A stretch of 64,000 bases of DNA from Psammoneis japonica (GCA_008632985.1 QPGO01000204.1:62001-126000); one strand, 5' to 3'; positions 37,267 through 50,080 are shown, counted from the first letter of the stretch. The notes: generated from the sequence alone by a model not told the origin. Numbers and translations: made by a program.

Positions 37267-39714
37267 TGAAAAAATGGGATTGCACCGCTGTCCATGTCAA
37301 CAATGTTGGTCCCTGGCAAAAAAGGAGGGAAGACAAATTAAATTGCTGGTGGAGTGCAAATGTTCAAACATGATTCACTCTCAGTTTTTGAGAGGTCACA
37401 GTGTGAAATGACAATTTTCATGGCCAGCAAAGTGATCTGATTTGCTCAAGAGTTGTTGGCAATGCAATTTTGGTGGTGAAGATGGGGGGGAAATGTCCAC
37501 AACCTCCCCAGCAGTTTCCTCCAAAGCCATCACAGTTGCACCCTTTTGATTGGTCATTGTGTCAGAGTCAGAGTCAGAGTGAAGACCCAACTGACTCTCC
37601 TTTCTCTCCAAATGTTTCAACAGATTTTTTGTGCAGCTCTTGATCTCCAGAAGCCAGAAAGTCAGCAACAAACCTCCTTGTGAACTTTTTGGGGTGGAGA
37701 ATGTTCTCCAAGTGGCACTGCAATTGTGATGGTGAAGATGGGGGCAATGTCCACAACATTCCCAGTTTCCTCCAAAGCACCATCACAGTTGCACCCTGGT
37801 TTTGGTTGGTCATCACATCAGAGTCAGAGTGAAGACCTGCTGAGTCTTTTTTCTGGCTTTTGTTCTTCCTGCTTGTGCTCTGCTCTTGCCTGTCTTCTTT
37901 CCAACTTTTTGGCTCTTTGATCCTTGCCTTTCACTTCTCAATCACAGCACACCTGACTTCTCTGCCTTTCTTGCCAAACCAGACCTCTCTTCTCTGTTCA
38001 ATGACCTGTCTGAGGACATTTGCCAACTGGCTGCACTTCTGATCTCTGAGGCTTGCTGCAACCTGAGCCACCTGCAGCTGCAGGTGGGCATCCTTGTTGT
38101 CTGAAGCACCACTCTCTTTGCCTGTGCCATCATGAAACACAGTGCCTCATGCCAAGATTTGTTTGCTGGTGCTCTTTCAAGAAAAATGTTTGCCATTTCA
38201 CAGTTTGAGAAGAAATCTGGTGGGTTGGTCAACCCTGCTCTCTTGTCCATTGCTCCAAGGAATCTGCAGGCACTTCCTTTCCTGATCTGAATGAGGGAAG
38301 TCAGCAGCAGCATCTGTCATCTCTGAACATTTGCTCTGGTTGTTGCCCCTGGTGTGACTTGGTGGTGGATGATCTCCACATTTGAAGAGCCTGGGCCCAC
38401 ACCCTCTGGACAAGGCACCTTTGTTTGCATCTAGCATGCTGGGCTGTTTTCACAATGTGGTTTGTTTGCTGGTCACAAAAAATGCAGAGGTTCCAGGCTG
38501 AGTTGCACACTTTTCACAACTCTCCCCTCTGTGGTTTGCACCACTGCTGCAGCTGGTGGACATTCTGTGTGCTTTCACACCCACAATGTGCGCCCTGTCC
38601 CTTTGAGCAATCCTGCTGCAGATCACATTGCAGCTGAGCTTTGAGCAGCACAGAAGATGGGATGTCTTTGACTGCAGGTCTGGGAGAGGAGGGGCACTTT
38701 TGAGCATTTTGTTGCAGAGGGGGCTCTTTGCTCATCACAGCAGGTCATCTGACAGAGGGGACAGTGTTGGGTCACCTGCTCCAACAGCTTTTATTCCTGC
38801 CAAAAAGAGAGGGAAGATAAATTGGGCATGTGGTTCTTGTGTGCAAGTGACATTCAAATGCGCCGCCTGCCTCCTCACCATCAATTTTTGAGAGACATTG
38901 ACACGTCCAGCACTTCAAGTGGGCCCCACATTGGACACACACACAGTTGCATCTCTGCACGCCATTTCAAATTGACAAAATTTTGAAGATGACGTTGTGT
39001 GTCCTTGAAAATGTGAGATTAAAAATTTCAACCAAAAAACAAAATCAAAGCTGTCATGAGCACAACCCCATCATGCAGAGCATCCAATGAATCACAATGA
39101 ATCCTTTCCTGCAAGTGTCAGGAGGATGGCTCACACCACAAGGCAGAGATGCAGCACAAGCAATTGTGCCCTTCTTGCCCTCACTTCTGCTGGGACAAGA
39201 AAACCAAGGAAGAGGCTTGGAGATTGAATGCTTTCTGCATTGAAGAGAGCAAGAAACTGCGCAGTGTGATGACTTTGTTTGTTGAATTGCATTTTAATTG
39301 ACTCTGTGTGTTGGTGTGCAGCATCGCAGTTTGTCAGCAGCACACATGCGTCGCACCATGTGTGGTTGCGAATGATGCTGTAAACCAGGAACATCATCCA
39401 GGAATTGAGGAGAGCACTGATTCCTGGTGTTCCAGAAATGGGCCGTCCCCAGAAGATTTGACAAGAAAGCTCAAACCCAGACATGTCAGACATCAATTTG
39501 GCATCCAGGAATGAAAACCAGTGACATCCCAGAAGGAAGACCAGCAACTGTTCCAGGAAAAAGTGAAAAATCCAGCAATGTGTGCAGGAAAACCCCACCT
39601 GCCCAGTGATTCCTCCAGAAAATGCACCGTGCAACATCCAAAGTCACACGCAAAGAAGCGCATGAAGAAAATCCTTAAAAAGAAAGAACACATCTGAAAC
39701 TTTTGCATGCAGTG

Positions 39715-40034
39715 TTGAGCATCTTCTTCGTCTTGCTCACAGCTGCTTCCGTTGACACCGTCTTGAAACTCTTTTCCGGCATGAGCAACTGCAGGAACAA
39801 GAACAATGGTGAGAAGCTGGGCTAAATCCAGATGCTCTCAGGCAAATTGTTGGGATTCTCCATGTCTTTGTTTGGGTCTTCTGTCTCTTCCTCTTCCTCT
39901 TCTGCCAGCTCAGCAGCAAGCTGTTCTTCATTTGCTTGCTGAGCAATTTTCTTGCCCTCTCAGCCTTGAGCAGTCACTTCTTCACAGCCCCAACTCCTTT
40001 CCCAATGCATTTGCCTGTGCCTTTTGGGAATCTG
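39715..40034 (-). pseudogene. Distal piece of the duplicated STRA6-like gene (= 22076-22394), hypermutated
   Basis: Colinear with 22076-22394 and resumes exactly where the 30061-33192 copy stops. Confidence 0.9.
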
Positions 40035-41184
40035 GTGGGTCGCCGAGACTCACGATGGAGAGTGGGTCTGAGCCGACAGCTCCAGGACCCTGACACAGCA
40101 TCTTGAACTTGTGTGTTGATGCAAACCCTGCATCAGCGGAGAGCATGGTTGGCGATGTCACAATGATGCATGCTCGCATCATGGCATTTTTGCATTTGCA
40201 CACAAATGCAAACTGAGCTGCATTTGTTCACAAATGCTCGCAGTTGCTGGAAAAATCCTGAACCGATGCACGCCGTGATCACTCATTCACATGTGTGCAC
40301 ATGCCCTGAATGCGAACATTCTCTTCTCAACGCATGTGATGACATCATCACACATCACACACATGCAACACATCCCGCAGTGCCACTGATGCAGGGGGTG
40401 TGTTGATGCATGCTTTTTTGTTGGTCCGCGTTGCTGTGGCATGCGCGCTCAACAGAAGATGAGTCTTGCAAGCATGATGCGGTCTATGTTTCTATGTTCA
40501 ATTCCTGAAAGGGATGCAGGGGGTGTGTTGACGCTTGCTTTTTTGTTGGTCCGCGGTGCTGTGGAATGAGCATTCAACAGAAGATGAGTCTTGCATGCAC
40601 GATGCAGTCTGTGTTTTTATGTTCAATTCCTGAAAGGGTTGGTGGTTGCTGACATGTCTTTTGCAATCCTCAGGACAGGATAAATCACAATGCATGCAAA
40701 ATGCTCCTGAGACTGCGTCTGGCCGTGGGGAGTGGGGGGCGGGGAGGAGGTGTACGTAGGTCGGGAAAATCCCACTCCCGGCTTGGGAGGTCTGCAATTG
40801 GAAAAATCCGAGAACCTGATTGCCGACAGACGTGGTGAGCAGAGGGCAAATGAATACTGTACCTTCATTCACGATGAGAAATATGAACGGGGGGTTCGCA
40901 AATTTCATTCGAACCTTCAATTACCGATATGTAAGTGAAAAGATAGCGGCATGCTGTTTTCATTTTCTGCGATGAGCGATGATATGACAGCACAAAGACG
41001 ACGGCCCATTCATCATCGTATTCGTATGTACCACCTCTCTTCTCTTTGTTACTGTGGAAGCAGCTACTCTAGAGCACCCTATTACAACCCTCTCTAGCCA
41101 GACGACGACAAATCATACTGTAGTATTGGAAATCCTGTGGATACTCGACATTTTCTCTCAAAACAAAACACATACTCAATAATC

Positions 41185-42672
41185 ATGAGCACAAATAACG
41201 ATGATGATGGAGTGGAAATGTTTTTATCTCAGGGATCCTACAAGCCCATCATTTTGCCATCGGCATCGTATCGAAGCAAACACGAATCCGAATCCAAACG
41301 CCGTTGGAAATTGTTAAAAAATGTGGCTCGGTTTACGACGCGCCGATCGTCTCTTACCCCAGCCGAACAAGATTTGTTGCACGCTCTTTCGGAGAAAAAG
41401 CAGAGCGCAGGAGTAACGTTTTCGGCTACACAAGAAAAGCAAGACGATTCTATCAAGACACGAAAAATCAGTCATCGTCAATCGTTGCGCCAATCCATTT
41501 TACGGAAAAGCCATGCCTTGAATCGACAGGAAGCAGATTTCTTACAGAGTCTCGTATTGGCGGAAAATGTACCCGAGGAACAGTTGGAAAAGGTTCAGCA
41601 CGTACTAAGCAGTGATCCACTCTATGATGACGATAATGAAAGCAATGCCGAAGTTGTCAAGCAATCTACTGCAATCCAGTCGTTTTCTCGACCCAAATTG
41701 AATCAAGAGGGACCATCCTTTCGAAAGGAAGTATGGCTCGAGTATACTCCCAAACCGCCACCATCCTCCACGCGTTCTCTCCAAGAAGAAGAAGAACCAC
41801 CGCAGCAACAACAAGAAGAACGGACACTCAGCTTGCTTGACAAACTCTTTGGAATAAAACAACAAGAAAATCCAAAACAAATACTACAAGACAAAGATTC
41901 AAAAGAAGAAAAAGAAGAGAGTACGATTCCAACTGTCATTTTGGCGACGCACGTGCACGACACGGGTTGCTACCCACACGTCCTGTCACCACCCATGATG
42001 GATGCACTCCGTCCGTATTTGCCCTTTTGTATTCAACAAGATAATTATTGGCTCAAGTACTCCTTACTGCGAGATGGCGCTTCGATGAGATGTCTGCTAT
42101 CGCACATTCGCGGTTCGGCTCGAACCATTCTCGCCATTGAAACCTTGGACGGGAACGTCTTTGGTTCCTTTACAAGCAGTCCATGGCGTCCTCAGGGTCG
42201 CCACTATTATGGAAGTGGTGAAGCATTTTGTTGGAAACTAGGTCAGAATCGATTCACGCCGTGCGATACTCCTCAAGATCAAATTGAATTGGAATCCAAT
42301 CTAGACGTGTATCCGTGGACGGGACAGAATCGCAATGTCCAATCGTTGGAAACCATGGATTCCCATTTGGTATTGGGTGGTGGTGGAGTCGACAAGGACG
42401 TCTTGGTGACGGATCATCATGACAATGTCGACGAGAAGGACGACGACGACGGTTCTGCCCTTGTCCTTGATCCAACCCTGGAACGGGGTACGACACAAGC
42501 CAGCATTACCTTTGGAAATCCTCCACTTGTCACCACCAACAATAATACTGTCTTTGAGATTGCCAATATCGAAGTATGGACCATGACACCGGTCCAACAC
42601 GTTTCTCAAGCCATGCAATTGGAACTGGGTCGACAATTCATTTTTGATCATGGAAATTTTGTTGAACAATAA
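41185..42672 (+). CDS. TLDc-domain protein (OXR1/NCOA7 family-like)
   Basis: Intact single ORF with WLKYSLLRDGASM..L....RGS..TILAIET.DG.VFGSFTSSPW.....YYGSGEAF.W, LVLGGG, S.TFGNPPL and FEIANIEVW. Confidence 0.92.
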   Translation: MSTNNDDDGVEMFLSQGSYKPIILPSASYRSKHESESKRRWKLLKNVARFTTRRSSLTPAEQDLLHALSEKKQSAGVTFSATQEKQDDSIKTRKISHRQSLRQSILRKSHALNRQEADFLQSLVLAENVPEEQLEKVQHVLSSDPLYDDDNESNAEVVKQSTAIQSFSRPKLNQEGPSFRKEVWLEYTPKPPPSSTRSLQEEEEPPQQQQEERTLSLLDKLFGIKQQENPKQILQDKDSKEEKEESTIPTVILATHVHDTGCYPHVLSPPMMDALRPYLPFCIQQDNYWLKYSLLRDGASMRCLLSHIRGSARTILAIETLDGNVFGSFTSSPWRPQGRHYYGSGEAFCWKLGQNRFTPCDTPQDQIELESNLDVYPWTGQNRNVQSLETMDSHLVLGGGGVDKDVLVTDHHDNVDEKDDDDGSALVLDPTLERGTTQASITFGNPPLVTTNNNTVFEIANIEVWTMTPVQHVSQAMQLELGRQFIFDHGNFVEQ

Positions 42673-42860
42673 AGAATTGCCACGAGCGTAACACGCGTGG
42701 TGTCGATGCGATCTTGATGAAAGAGCGCAGTGTGTATACATTATTGTAGTCTTGAAGGCCTGCATATGCTTGTCATGAAACATAATACGGTACTGTGAGG
42801 TACTCGTTTAGAAGGACTAGCTAGAGTAACGATAAACATAGTGAGTATTTACCAAAAGCA

Positions 42861-43050
42861 GCTACCTGTCTCTATTTTAGCAAACTACAAAAACAGTATA
42901 AGTACAAGTGCCGCGCAATTTGACTTTCCTGAATACTGCACGTCGTATTTCCCGAATAAGGCATGTTGTATTTCCCGACCGTATCTCGTCGCATTCCCCG
43001 AATATTGCATGTTGATTTCCCTTTTCCAAAAACATGGGTTGAGTGGTGTC
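42861..43050. repeat. Dispersed repeat, copy 1 (also ~50113-50260 and ~62905-63120)
   Basis: GCTACCTGTCTCTATTTTAGCAAA(C/T)TACAAAAA(C/T)AGTATAAGTACAAGTG shared with 62905; internal TTTCC(C/T)GAATA(C/T)TGCA subrepeats. Confidence 0.85.
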
Positions 43051-43053
43051 GCT

Positions 43054-43884
43054 TCAAGGCATAGGTAGATTTGCGTTGTTGCGCTGGGAACGAGTCATGC
43101 GAGCCGGAGTCTCGGCAGTCCAGCTCCTGGGTTGCCCCATAGAGCGGTCATTGAGCTGAAGAAGCGCCCTGACAACAGAGAAAACAGAATCAAGTTTGTG
43201 AGCACAATGAAAGGCAATGGAATGTGGAAGCTGGCACACCACTTACAGCTCTTCAGTAACATCTGCCTGTTCACTTTCTGACGCTAGAGTTTCCCTCTGA
43301 GCTTCTACGAGATCGTTCTCTGCGTCCTGAAGCTCTCTGTCATCCACCACATATTGCATGGAACGTTGATCAAACTCTCGCGCTAAATCATTTTTGAACT
43401 GGAGCACTTGTAGAACGTCACGGTGAAACTTTTCCTCGATGGCTTTCCTCTTGCGCAAGAGGGCTTCCTTCTTCTTACACGCCGCAACCTCCTTGATAAG
43501 TCTCTCCTTTTCGAGCTCCAACTTCGCAAGCTTGGTATCGGTATCGTCGGAGGCTGCACTCTCCGGGGTACCATCCTCCTTTTCAGCAGCTCTAGTAGCA
43601 GCAGCCTTGGGCATCGGAGTGGCGACCGTGGCGTCACGGGGCGCCATGTTGGCGTCACGAGCATCCTTCCAGCAGCCCTTGTTCTGCGATAGCCATTCCC
43701 CTACCTCCCCTTGTCGTCCCGGAAATTCATCGTGGAGCTGAGGAATCATCGCATACAATTCCGATGCTTGGAAGTTGTTATCGAAGATATAGTTCAACTC
43801 TCCACGAGTGGCGGGCTTGACGACGAGCTCTTCCAAAGTGGGGTGGCTGGATAAGATCTTGGTTTCGTTGGACGAAATACTCAT
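43054..43884 (-). CDS. Two-exon orphan coiled-coil protein
   Basis: ATG 43884. Intron 43246-43169 (GTAAGT...TGTCAG) joins ORF 43243..43941 to the frame of 43054..43242. KLAKLELEKERLIKE heptads. Confidence 0.65.
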
Positions 43885-44396
43885 CTTGAAGGTAGATACA
43901 GTGATCGTAGGAACCGAAAAAAACAACAACAGCAACAGCAACTACGCCGCTAGTCTACAACGCAACAATGACGGCGTCATCGAGAAACGCGTTTTCGATC
44001 GTTCCATCTCCCGAGCGCCAGCCTCGGCGACGTTATTTTTGAACAGAATATGAAGCTATATATATGAACTAAGTAAAATGATATGGAAATTTAACTGGCC
44101 GGCTAATCTTTTTATTAATCTATAATGGTTGTATAAGGATTTTGAATCATTTTAAACCTACATGGTACAAGGATTGAAAAATATCATTATCTTTGGACTC
44201 TAAGATATTTGAACTATGAATATGTCAGTAAAGTTTCTACCAAGAAATCACGCATGTAGAAAAGTTACGTAGTCACACGCAAGGCATGACTATCAACGGA
44301 AAAGAAAAATATTTTTTTAGCACGAATCAACATCGTGCTACGCGCAACGGATGGAGCCTGTTCGCGAGACGCTCCCATGCATCTCATGCATTCACA

Positions 44397-46429
44397 ATGT
44401 CACTTCTGGAAGCGCCGCGACGACGGAAAATGACGACGACACCCGGCGCTGTGCCTCCTCAGATCCCATCTGCGTTGGAGGAGCTTCGCACACCCTCGAG
44501 CTGCTCCAATTCAGAGGATGCGGCAAGCTGTCTTTTCTTGTTCTGCACACGTGAGGACGAAATCTCTCAGTTGCTCACCGAAGCCGGATTTCTTGAGACA
44601 ATCATTGGTGCAATGGATCACGATGGGCAAAGTGTCGACTTTCACTCATCTCTCATTCATGTGATCCACATTTTCATTTGGTCGAACGAAGATGGTTCAA
44701 AAGAAATCCTTGAAAAGGGCGGTCTCAAAAGAACAATTTTTCTCATGGACACATTTGTCACGGACGAAAGCGTTCAGACGGCGGGAGTTCAGTGCCTTTA
44801 TAACCTTTTTCACCTCATGCTCAGAATCAGTAAGACGAGCGCGGTTGAAATGGGGACAAGCATCATGGAATGCATTGTCACAGCCATGGAAATTCACAAA
44901 GACTCAGCCTCGATCGCTAAATTTGGTTCTGGAGTTCTAGCACAGGCGTCGCTCTTTCTGGAAAATTCGTTTCATAATGATTTGATGCTTCGGTGCAAAA
45001 GGTGCCTCGAGCATTTCCTCTCGAACCACCAACCTCATGCTGAGGAAGGCAAGGAGAGGACAGTTTGTGCACGGTTGCGATCTTTGACAGAATGCTCTCC
45101 ATCCGTCGTGAGCCAGAGAAACTGAGCAATCCATCTCTCGGTGCGTCGGAGGCCACGCAGCTCTTTGATGCTGTGGCATTCTTTGCTGAGTCGGATGTGT
45201 CAAGAGCACCAGTCGGCGGCGGTTTTTTTGAAATGGCCACTGCTTCATTGAATGATGGTGGACAGAGCCAAGAGGTCTGTGAACGACTTTGTTTGATGCT
45301 CACTTTATTCATGGGCTTCGACGACAAAGGCAAGGGTTGCACGGAACAAATCCTTTGCACTGGCGGCCTCGAAAGCGCTCTTTGTTTCGTCAACAGTTTC
45401 CCCAAAGACGAAAGGCATCAGAGATCGGCGCTTGAGCTTTTCCGCTCTTTCTGCGTGAATGGCATTGATGCAAAAAACGGGGCGGACATTGCGAACACGG
45501 TGCTCAAAAGCACAATCAACATCATGAGCAACCATGAAGACTTGGCGCTTGTCTTCAGGCCATCTTGCCAGACGATTCGTGAGGCGTTGGCTGTTCTTGA
45601 CTTCTCTGTCAATGACGAAGCGCTCTTTGACCAATGCATCAACTGTCTTTCTGCTGGGGTTGCGAAGCATTGGAAAGACATTGAATCTGTCAGAGTCGGT
45701 CGATCTGTGCTGGAAGGTTTGATTGGAGTGGACGCTTCAAATGAGGTGTTGGCAAAGTGCTCTATGGCACATTTCAACTCCCAACTAGAGGAACTTCGTA
45801 ATCCATCTCGCAATTCCGTGAAGGCGCTCGCGGCCGCACAGGAGCTTTGCTCCGCAATCGACGCGGAAAAATTCCCCCCGTCCCTTGTCGATGCTGATTT
45901 TTTGGATGCAATCACCCGTGCCATGAATCACCTTGGCCAGTCCGGAAGGTTCTATTTTCCTTTGTTGAGGATCCTTGTAAATCTCATTTCACTGGAAGAC
46001 GCAACTGAGAAAATCGTTGAGATGGGAGGCGTCGCAAGATTGCTTGGTTTTGTGAAATCCTTTGATGCTCTTTACGTCATCCAACATTTTGCTTCCGAGA
46101 AGGGCGGTGCCTTTGCTGCTGCCATTGTCAAGAACGTTGCAGAGGCAATGCAAGCCCACAAGGACTCGACAAAAATCTACTCCACGGGTTGCAAGGCACT
46201 TGAGCGCTCGTTGAAATCGATTGGATGGTGTGTTGAAGATGAAAAATTGCTCAAGAGAGTTGTGGACTGTGTTTGGCATGGCATTGCAAATCATCCCTGC
46301 GATGACGACTTGCAGTTGCGAGGTCGCAGGCTGCTGCATGCATTGGTTGGAGACGAGGCTGCCAAAGAAATGATTTCACATTCTGAGCATCGTCATTGTG
46401 CCGATGCTTGCTGCAGTGCCGCTGCTTGA
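44397..46429 (+). pseudogene. Armadillo/HEAT-like repeat protein with three ~220-aa modules; frameshift near 45065-45125; partly TpA-depleted
   Basis: Modules start LEELRTPS / EKLSNPS / LEELRNPS and each contains I...GG...., AM..H and C..L patterns of ARM repeats. Confidence 0.6.
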
Positions 46430-46959
46430 GAGGCACAGTTTTGAACTCCGGGAATGCTTTGTGCTTTTATTTAGATTTGCAGTTTTTTGTCCTTTGGTGG
46501 ACTAAGACGAGCTGCGGCACCCAACCATCCGTTCTTGATCTCTCCTTCCCCATTCCACGAAACAAGGATCAAGAGGGCCGTGCATCCAACCCAAGTCTCT
46601 CGCAGGAAACTGATGGTGGCCTTTGATTTCGACAGACATCCTCTCTGCCAGTGGCTGGCAGCCAGTGGCTGCTGCCACAGTGCCCCCCTGCTGCTGGCTC
46701 TGTTCTGGCTAAAGGCCTGCGCATCCTGCATCACAGTCCTCCAGTTTCAAGTTAGCATCCCGATGTTGAGACATGCCGACACAGATGCTTGCACCGGTGT
46801 TACATTCCTCCTGCTCCTGGCAAAAGCAAATCAGAAATGACTGTCACATGCAAACGAGTGGTCCGCTGAACTTTGAAAGGGCAGAGCTCTAATGTTGCAC
46901 CAGACAGGAGCAGACAGAACGACGAGACTGCTTCAGAATCTAATCAATGAGAACTACAA

Positions 46960-47800
46960 AGAGAAGGCACGGGAAGTGCAATTGCCTTCCAGATCGTTGG
47001 ACAACATGTGCAAAATGTCGAGATTCGCAAGCGATTGGATTGGCAGCCGTGAAATCAAATTGTTGTGACTTGAGTCTGAGGATGCTACAATGTTGAATGT
47101 GATGTCAAGCGGGGAGTTTGACGCCATTGGTGAAGATCGTTGACACATGACAATTGCTTCTTATCCACGCCTGCAAAGCTTGCCCAGCTGCGAAAGCTGT
47201 GAAATGGAAGGCGAAATGGGCCCCTCCAGTTCACAAGCCCGCATGGAGAGCATCTCTTTTCGTTCAAGGCGAGAACAAGAGGTGATGAACGTAAGCGCAA
47301 GGTGCCATGCGACAAAGTAGAGCAGCTCATTCCACTCACCCAGCAACGTTGGCTCGTAAATTGCAGACGGCATGGCACCCAACCAGTCTTCATCATTGAG
47401 GTTCAACGCAACTGGAATGTGCAAAAAGGTGTGGGGGCATCAGCACGAGCCATCCAAAGACAATGCCAGGATGAACAAGACATTTGCCTAGCTGGTTGAA
47501 ACTGCGAAGCTTCATTTGAATGTCAGCAATGGAGTTGCGTGGCAGATTCATCGAATGCATCGTCGATGATTCATGCAGTTCTTCGGGAAGAGCTCCACCA
47601 ATCCGATTTCCTTTGTTTCCAGTGTCGAGTTGAACAACTTCTCCCATGGAGTTGCAAGAGACAAACCTCCATTTGCATTCACCCATGTGGGGACTCAACC
47701 AGAAGCAATCGTTTGTCCACGTTCAGTCTCTTCCAGCAGTGTGACAGAGAACAGCCATGACATGACGTTGGACGAGCTTCTTTGCATCATCGCTCAGGCC
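46960..47800 (-). pseudogene. Leucine-rich-repeat (LRRNT + plant-type LRR) gene remnant, TpA-depleted
   Basis: ECKWRFVSCNSMGEVVQLD...NRIGGALPEEL, LGAMPSAI, CELEGPISPSISQLSQL and NDLEG in broken frames. Confidence 0.7.
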
Positions 47801-49399
47801 GCATTGAGCTGCCCAACCAATTTGTGAAAGTTTGTCTGTGTTCACTTGCCAACAACGTGCCTTGCTTTGAGGGGACTCAGTTGTGCCAATGACAAAGATG
47901 CCTGGGGTTCAGAGGAGAGACTTCAAACCCGCTTGCACCTTCTTTCTAGATTGCCGCACACATTGCCCCAAAGAGGCAGGTGGAAGGGTTGTCTGCTGCC
48001 ACCACCCACAAAAATCATGTGTGTGCACAGATTGCTGCTGCAAAGCACACCAGATTGGGTCATTTGTTGACTGTTGACCAGCACACCCAGTGCCGCCACA
48101 AGGCTCACAAGGACATGCAAGAATGTTGGCGAGCCGGTGGGCTGAGAACAAGAAGTTCTCTAAGTTCCTGACTTCATCTTTGACCCCAGGTTGGAGACCA
48201 GGAAGAGTGTGGTGGATGGAAACCATGTGGTGCCAAGCTTGCAAGCTTTGAGACTTGCCAGCAGCATGTCAAAGCTCTGGTCAAGTGTGCCAAGAGCCGG
48301 CACAGGGCCAAAACTCACACAACTGCCTGTGTTGGTCAACATGAAAACAACTGACACAGAAAAAGCAAAGTGGCAAGCAAGGTGCAATGAAGGAAATGCC
48401 TGGGATTGGGGTGGGCTGCTGATGAGTGATGAGGCTGGCTCTGTCTGCTCTGCAGCTCCAGTGCATGCATGTGTGACCCCCTCATTTTTTGGAATGCTCT
48501 GCGTGACAAAGTCTCACAGAAAAATCAAACTTGCAGATCCAATGATGATCAATTGCGCACAGCATCAACAAAGCCAGCACCCTTCACCATCCAACAGATG
48601 CTGTCAAACTTGTCATTGTGGAAGTGTGCCATGTGGCATTGGAATGAGGAGAATCGGTGGTCAATTCGTTCCATTTCTTCCAAGACTGAACGGGTGCAAA
48701 ATTGTCACTTTTTTGTTTTTTGGTTGGTGCTGACATGCATCATTGATTGTCATCATGCACTCAGCTTTGTTGCACCTTGCAAGCTTTGGTGTGGAAATGT
48801 GTGTGTCTTGTGGTTGTCTGGGCTGTTGTTGCTGTCGTGAAATGGTTCTGTCATTTGTGAGAGTTGACTTGCCAGACATGTGCCCACACTTGCGGGTGGA
48901 ACTCTTTCTTGTTGTGATGCAGGTTCTCAGCCCACACAGTGCCAACAACAATGATCAAAGATGCAGTGGATGCAGCAGAGCCATTGTTGCTCTCATTGCC
49001 TGCTTGTTTTCATGCTTGCATGCTGCTTGACGACAGAGCCTTGACTGCTTTGACAAGCCCTGCTTTTGAAAAGAACAGAGAAACTGAGCAAGATTGAACA
49101 TGGCAACCAATGCAAGGAGGAGCGGTGCAGACCTGGCCATTTTGTTCTTTCCGGGGGGGGGGGGGGGGGGGGGGGAGATGATGCCAGCCCCGATGAGAGC
49201 TCAGTGAAGAAGGGTTGTTCAAGCAGTTGTCAGATTGGAGCTGTTGACAGGGTGTGTCATGTTCCCATTTTCCTTGTTGCTGACACAACACATTGTGTGT
49301 CTTCAAGGTCCACTTTAAATCATTGCAAAGCCCGGCAAATCAACCAAAGCGGTGCCCTCCCAGTGGTGAATTCTGTCACTGCAAAGTTTCCTGTGACAA

Positions 49400-50080
49400 G
49401 CACTGCCTGAATTGAATGTTGATGATGGAATGGATGGGTGGTTCTTGCATGTCCTGTGGCAACAATGATCCACACTGCACCCAAACTGCAGGCTTGGTCC
49501 CAAATGTTGGAATCGCAGATTGGGCATGAGAAAGTTTGCAAAATGCAGCCATCATCAAGAAAAGAGCAAAATCTGGGGGGCTCATTGCCGTCAATGGCGC
49601 AAGAGAGGGTGAGCTCATCCAGGAGCACACGGGTGAAGTCATTGACCAAGAAACAAGGAAGAAATGCCTCGGAACATGGGCCAGATCATCCAAACAACCC
49701 GCACTGCTGTGTGATGTGTCTTGACACCTGAAGGCACATTGATGCCATAAAATCCTGCAGGAAGAACATTGCTCCTGTTGGTGAATTCCTGTGACACAAC
49801 TGCCATTTTGACACAAAGGATGGTGCCAGTGTTGAGGCACCTTGGCAGGATGGGAGTCAGAGGAAAACAGGAACAAGAAGTTGCAAGAGCACGCTTTGAA
49901 CGCAACAAGAAATTTCTGTTGGACCTTGACAAAGACAAAGTGCGCAGACGTTGGCATGTTTCCAATCTTGTGCCGGGTGCTGCCAAAGATGAGACCGTTG
50001 CAAGCAGACCACAATTCAAGAGTTTGCAGTGAACAGCAGGCTCTTCTTGTGGCGCATTGTTGTTCTGGGGGCTAACTTTG
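49400..50080 (+). pseudogene. SET-domain (SETD2/NSD/ASH1-type) remnant, hypermutated paralog of ~61180-62000
   Basis: GLIAVNGAREGELIQEHTGEVID aligns to GLVAVNGAEWGELIQEYTG*VID; colinear DNA through TGTTCTGGGGGCT. May extend upstream to ~48300. Confidence 0.75.

Larger units (their letters stand above)
33193..39714. mobile_element. Non-autonomous CACTA/CMC-like DNA transposon with CACTG termini and 2-bp TSD (TT)
   Basis: Left end CACTGCACGCGAGAGG; right end reverse complement CACTGCATGCAAAAG. Flanks ACCTC-TT[element]TT-GAGCATC restore the empty-site sequence ACCTCTTGAGCATC at 22071-22084. Subterminal inverted motifs CCTGGATG/CATCCAGG. Confidence 0.75.

Noticed and set aside
37850..38900. Possible transposase inside the CACTG element
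   Set aside because: No DDE or Transposase_21 motifs could be recognised in the fragments.
40387..40640. ~125-bp tandem duplication (also 37440-37600 vs 37700-37840)
   Set aside because: Ordinary local duplications with no further structure.
49153..49175. Poly-G run (G-quadruplex candidate)
   Set aside because: Isolated homopolymer in degraded sequence; length unreliable and no supporting context.
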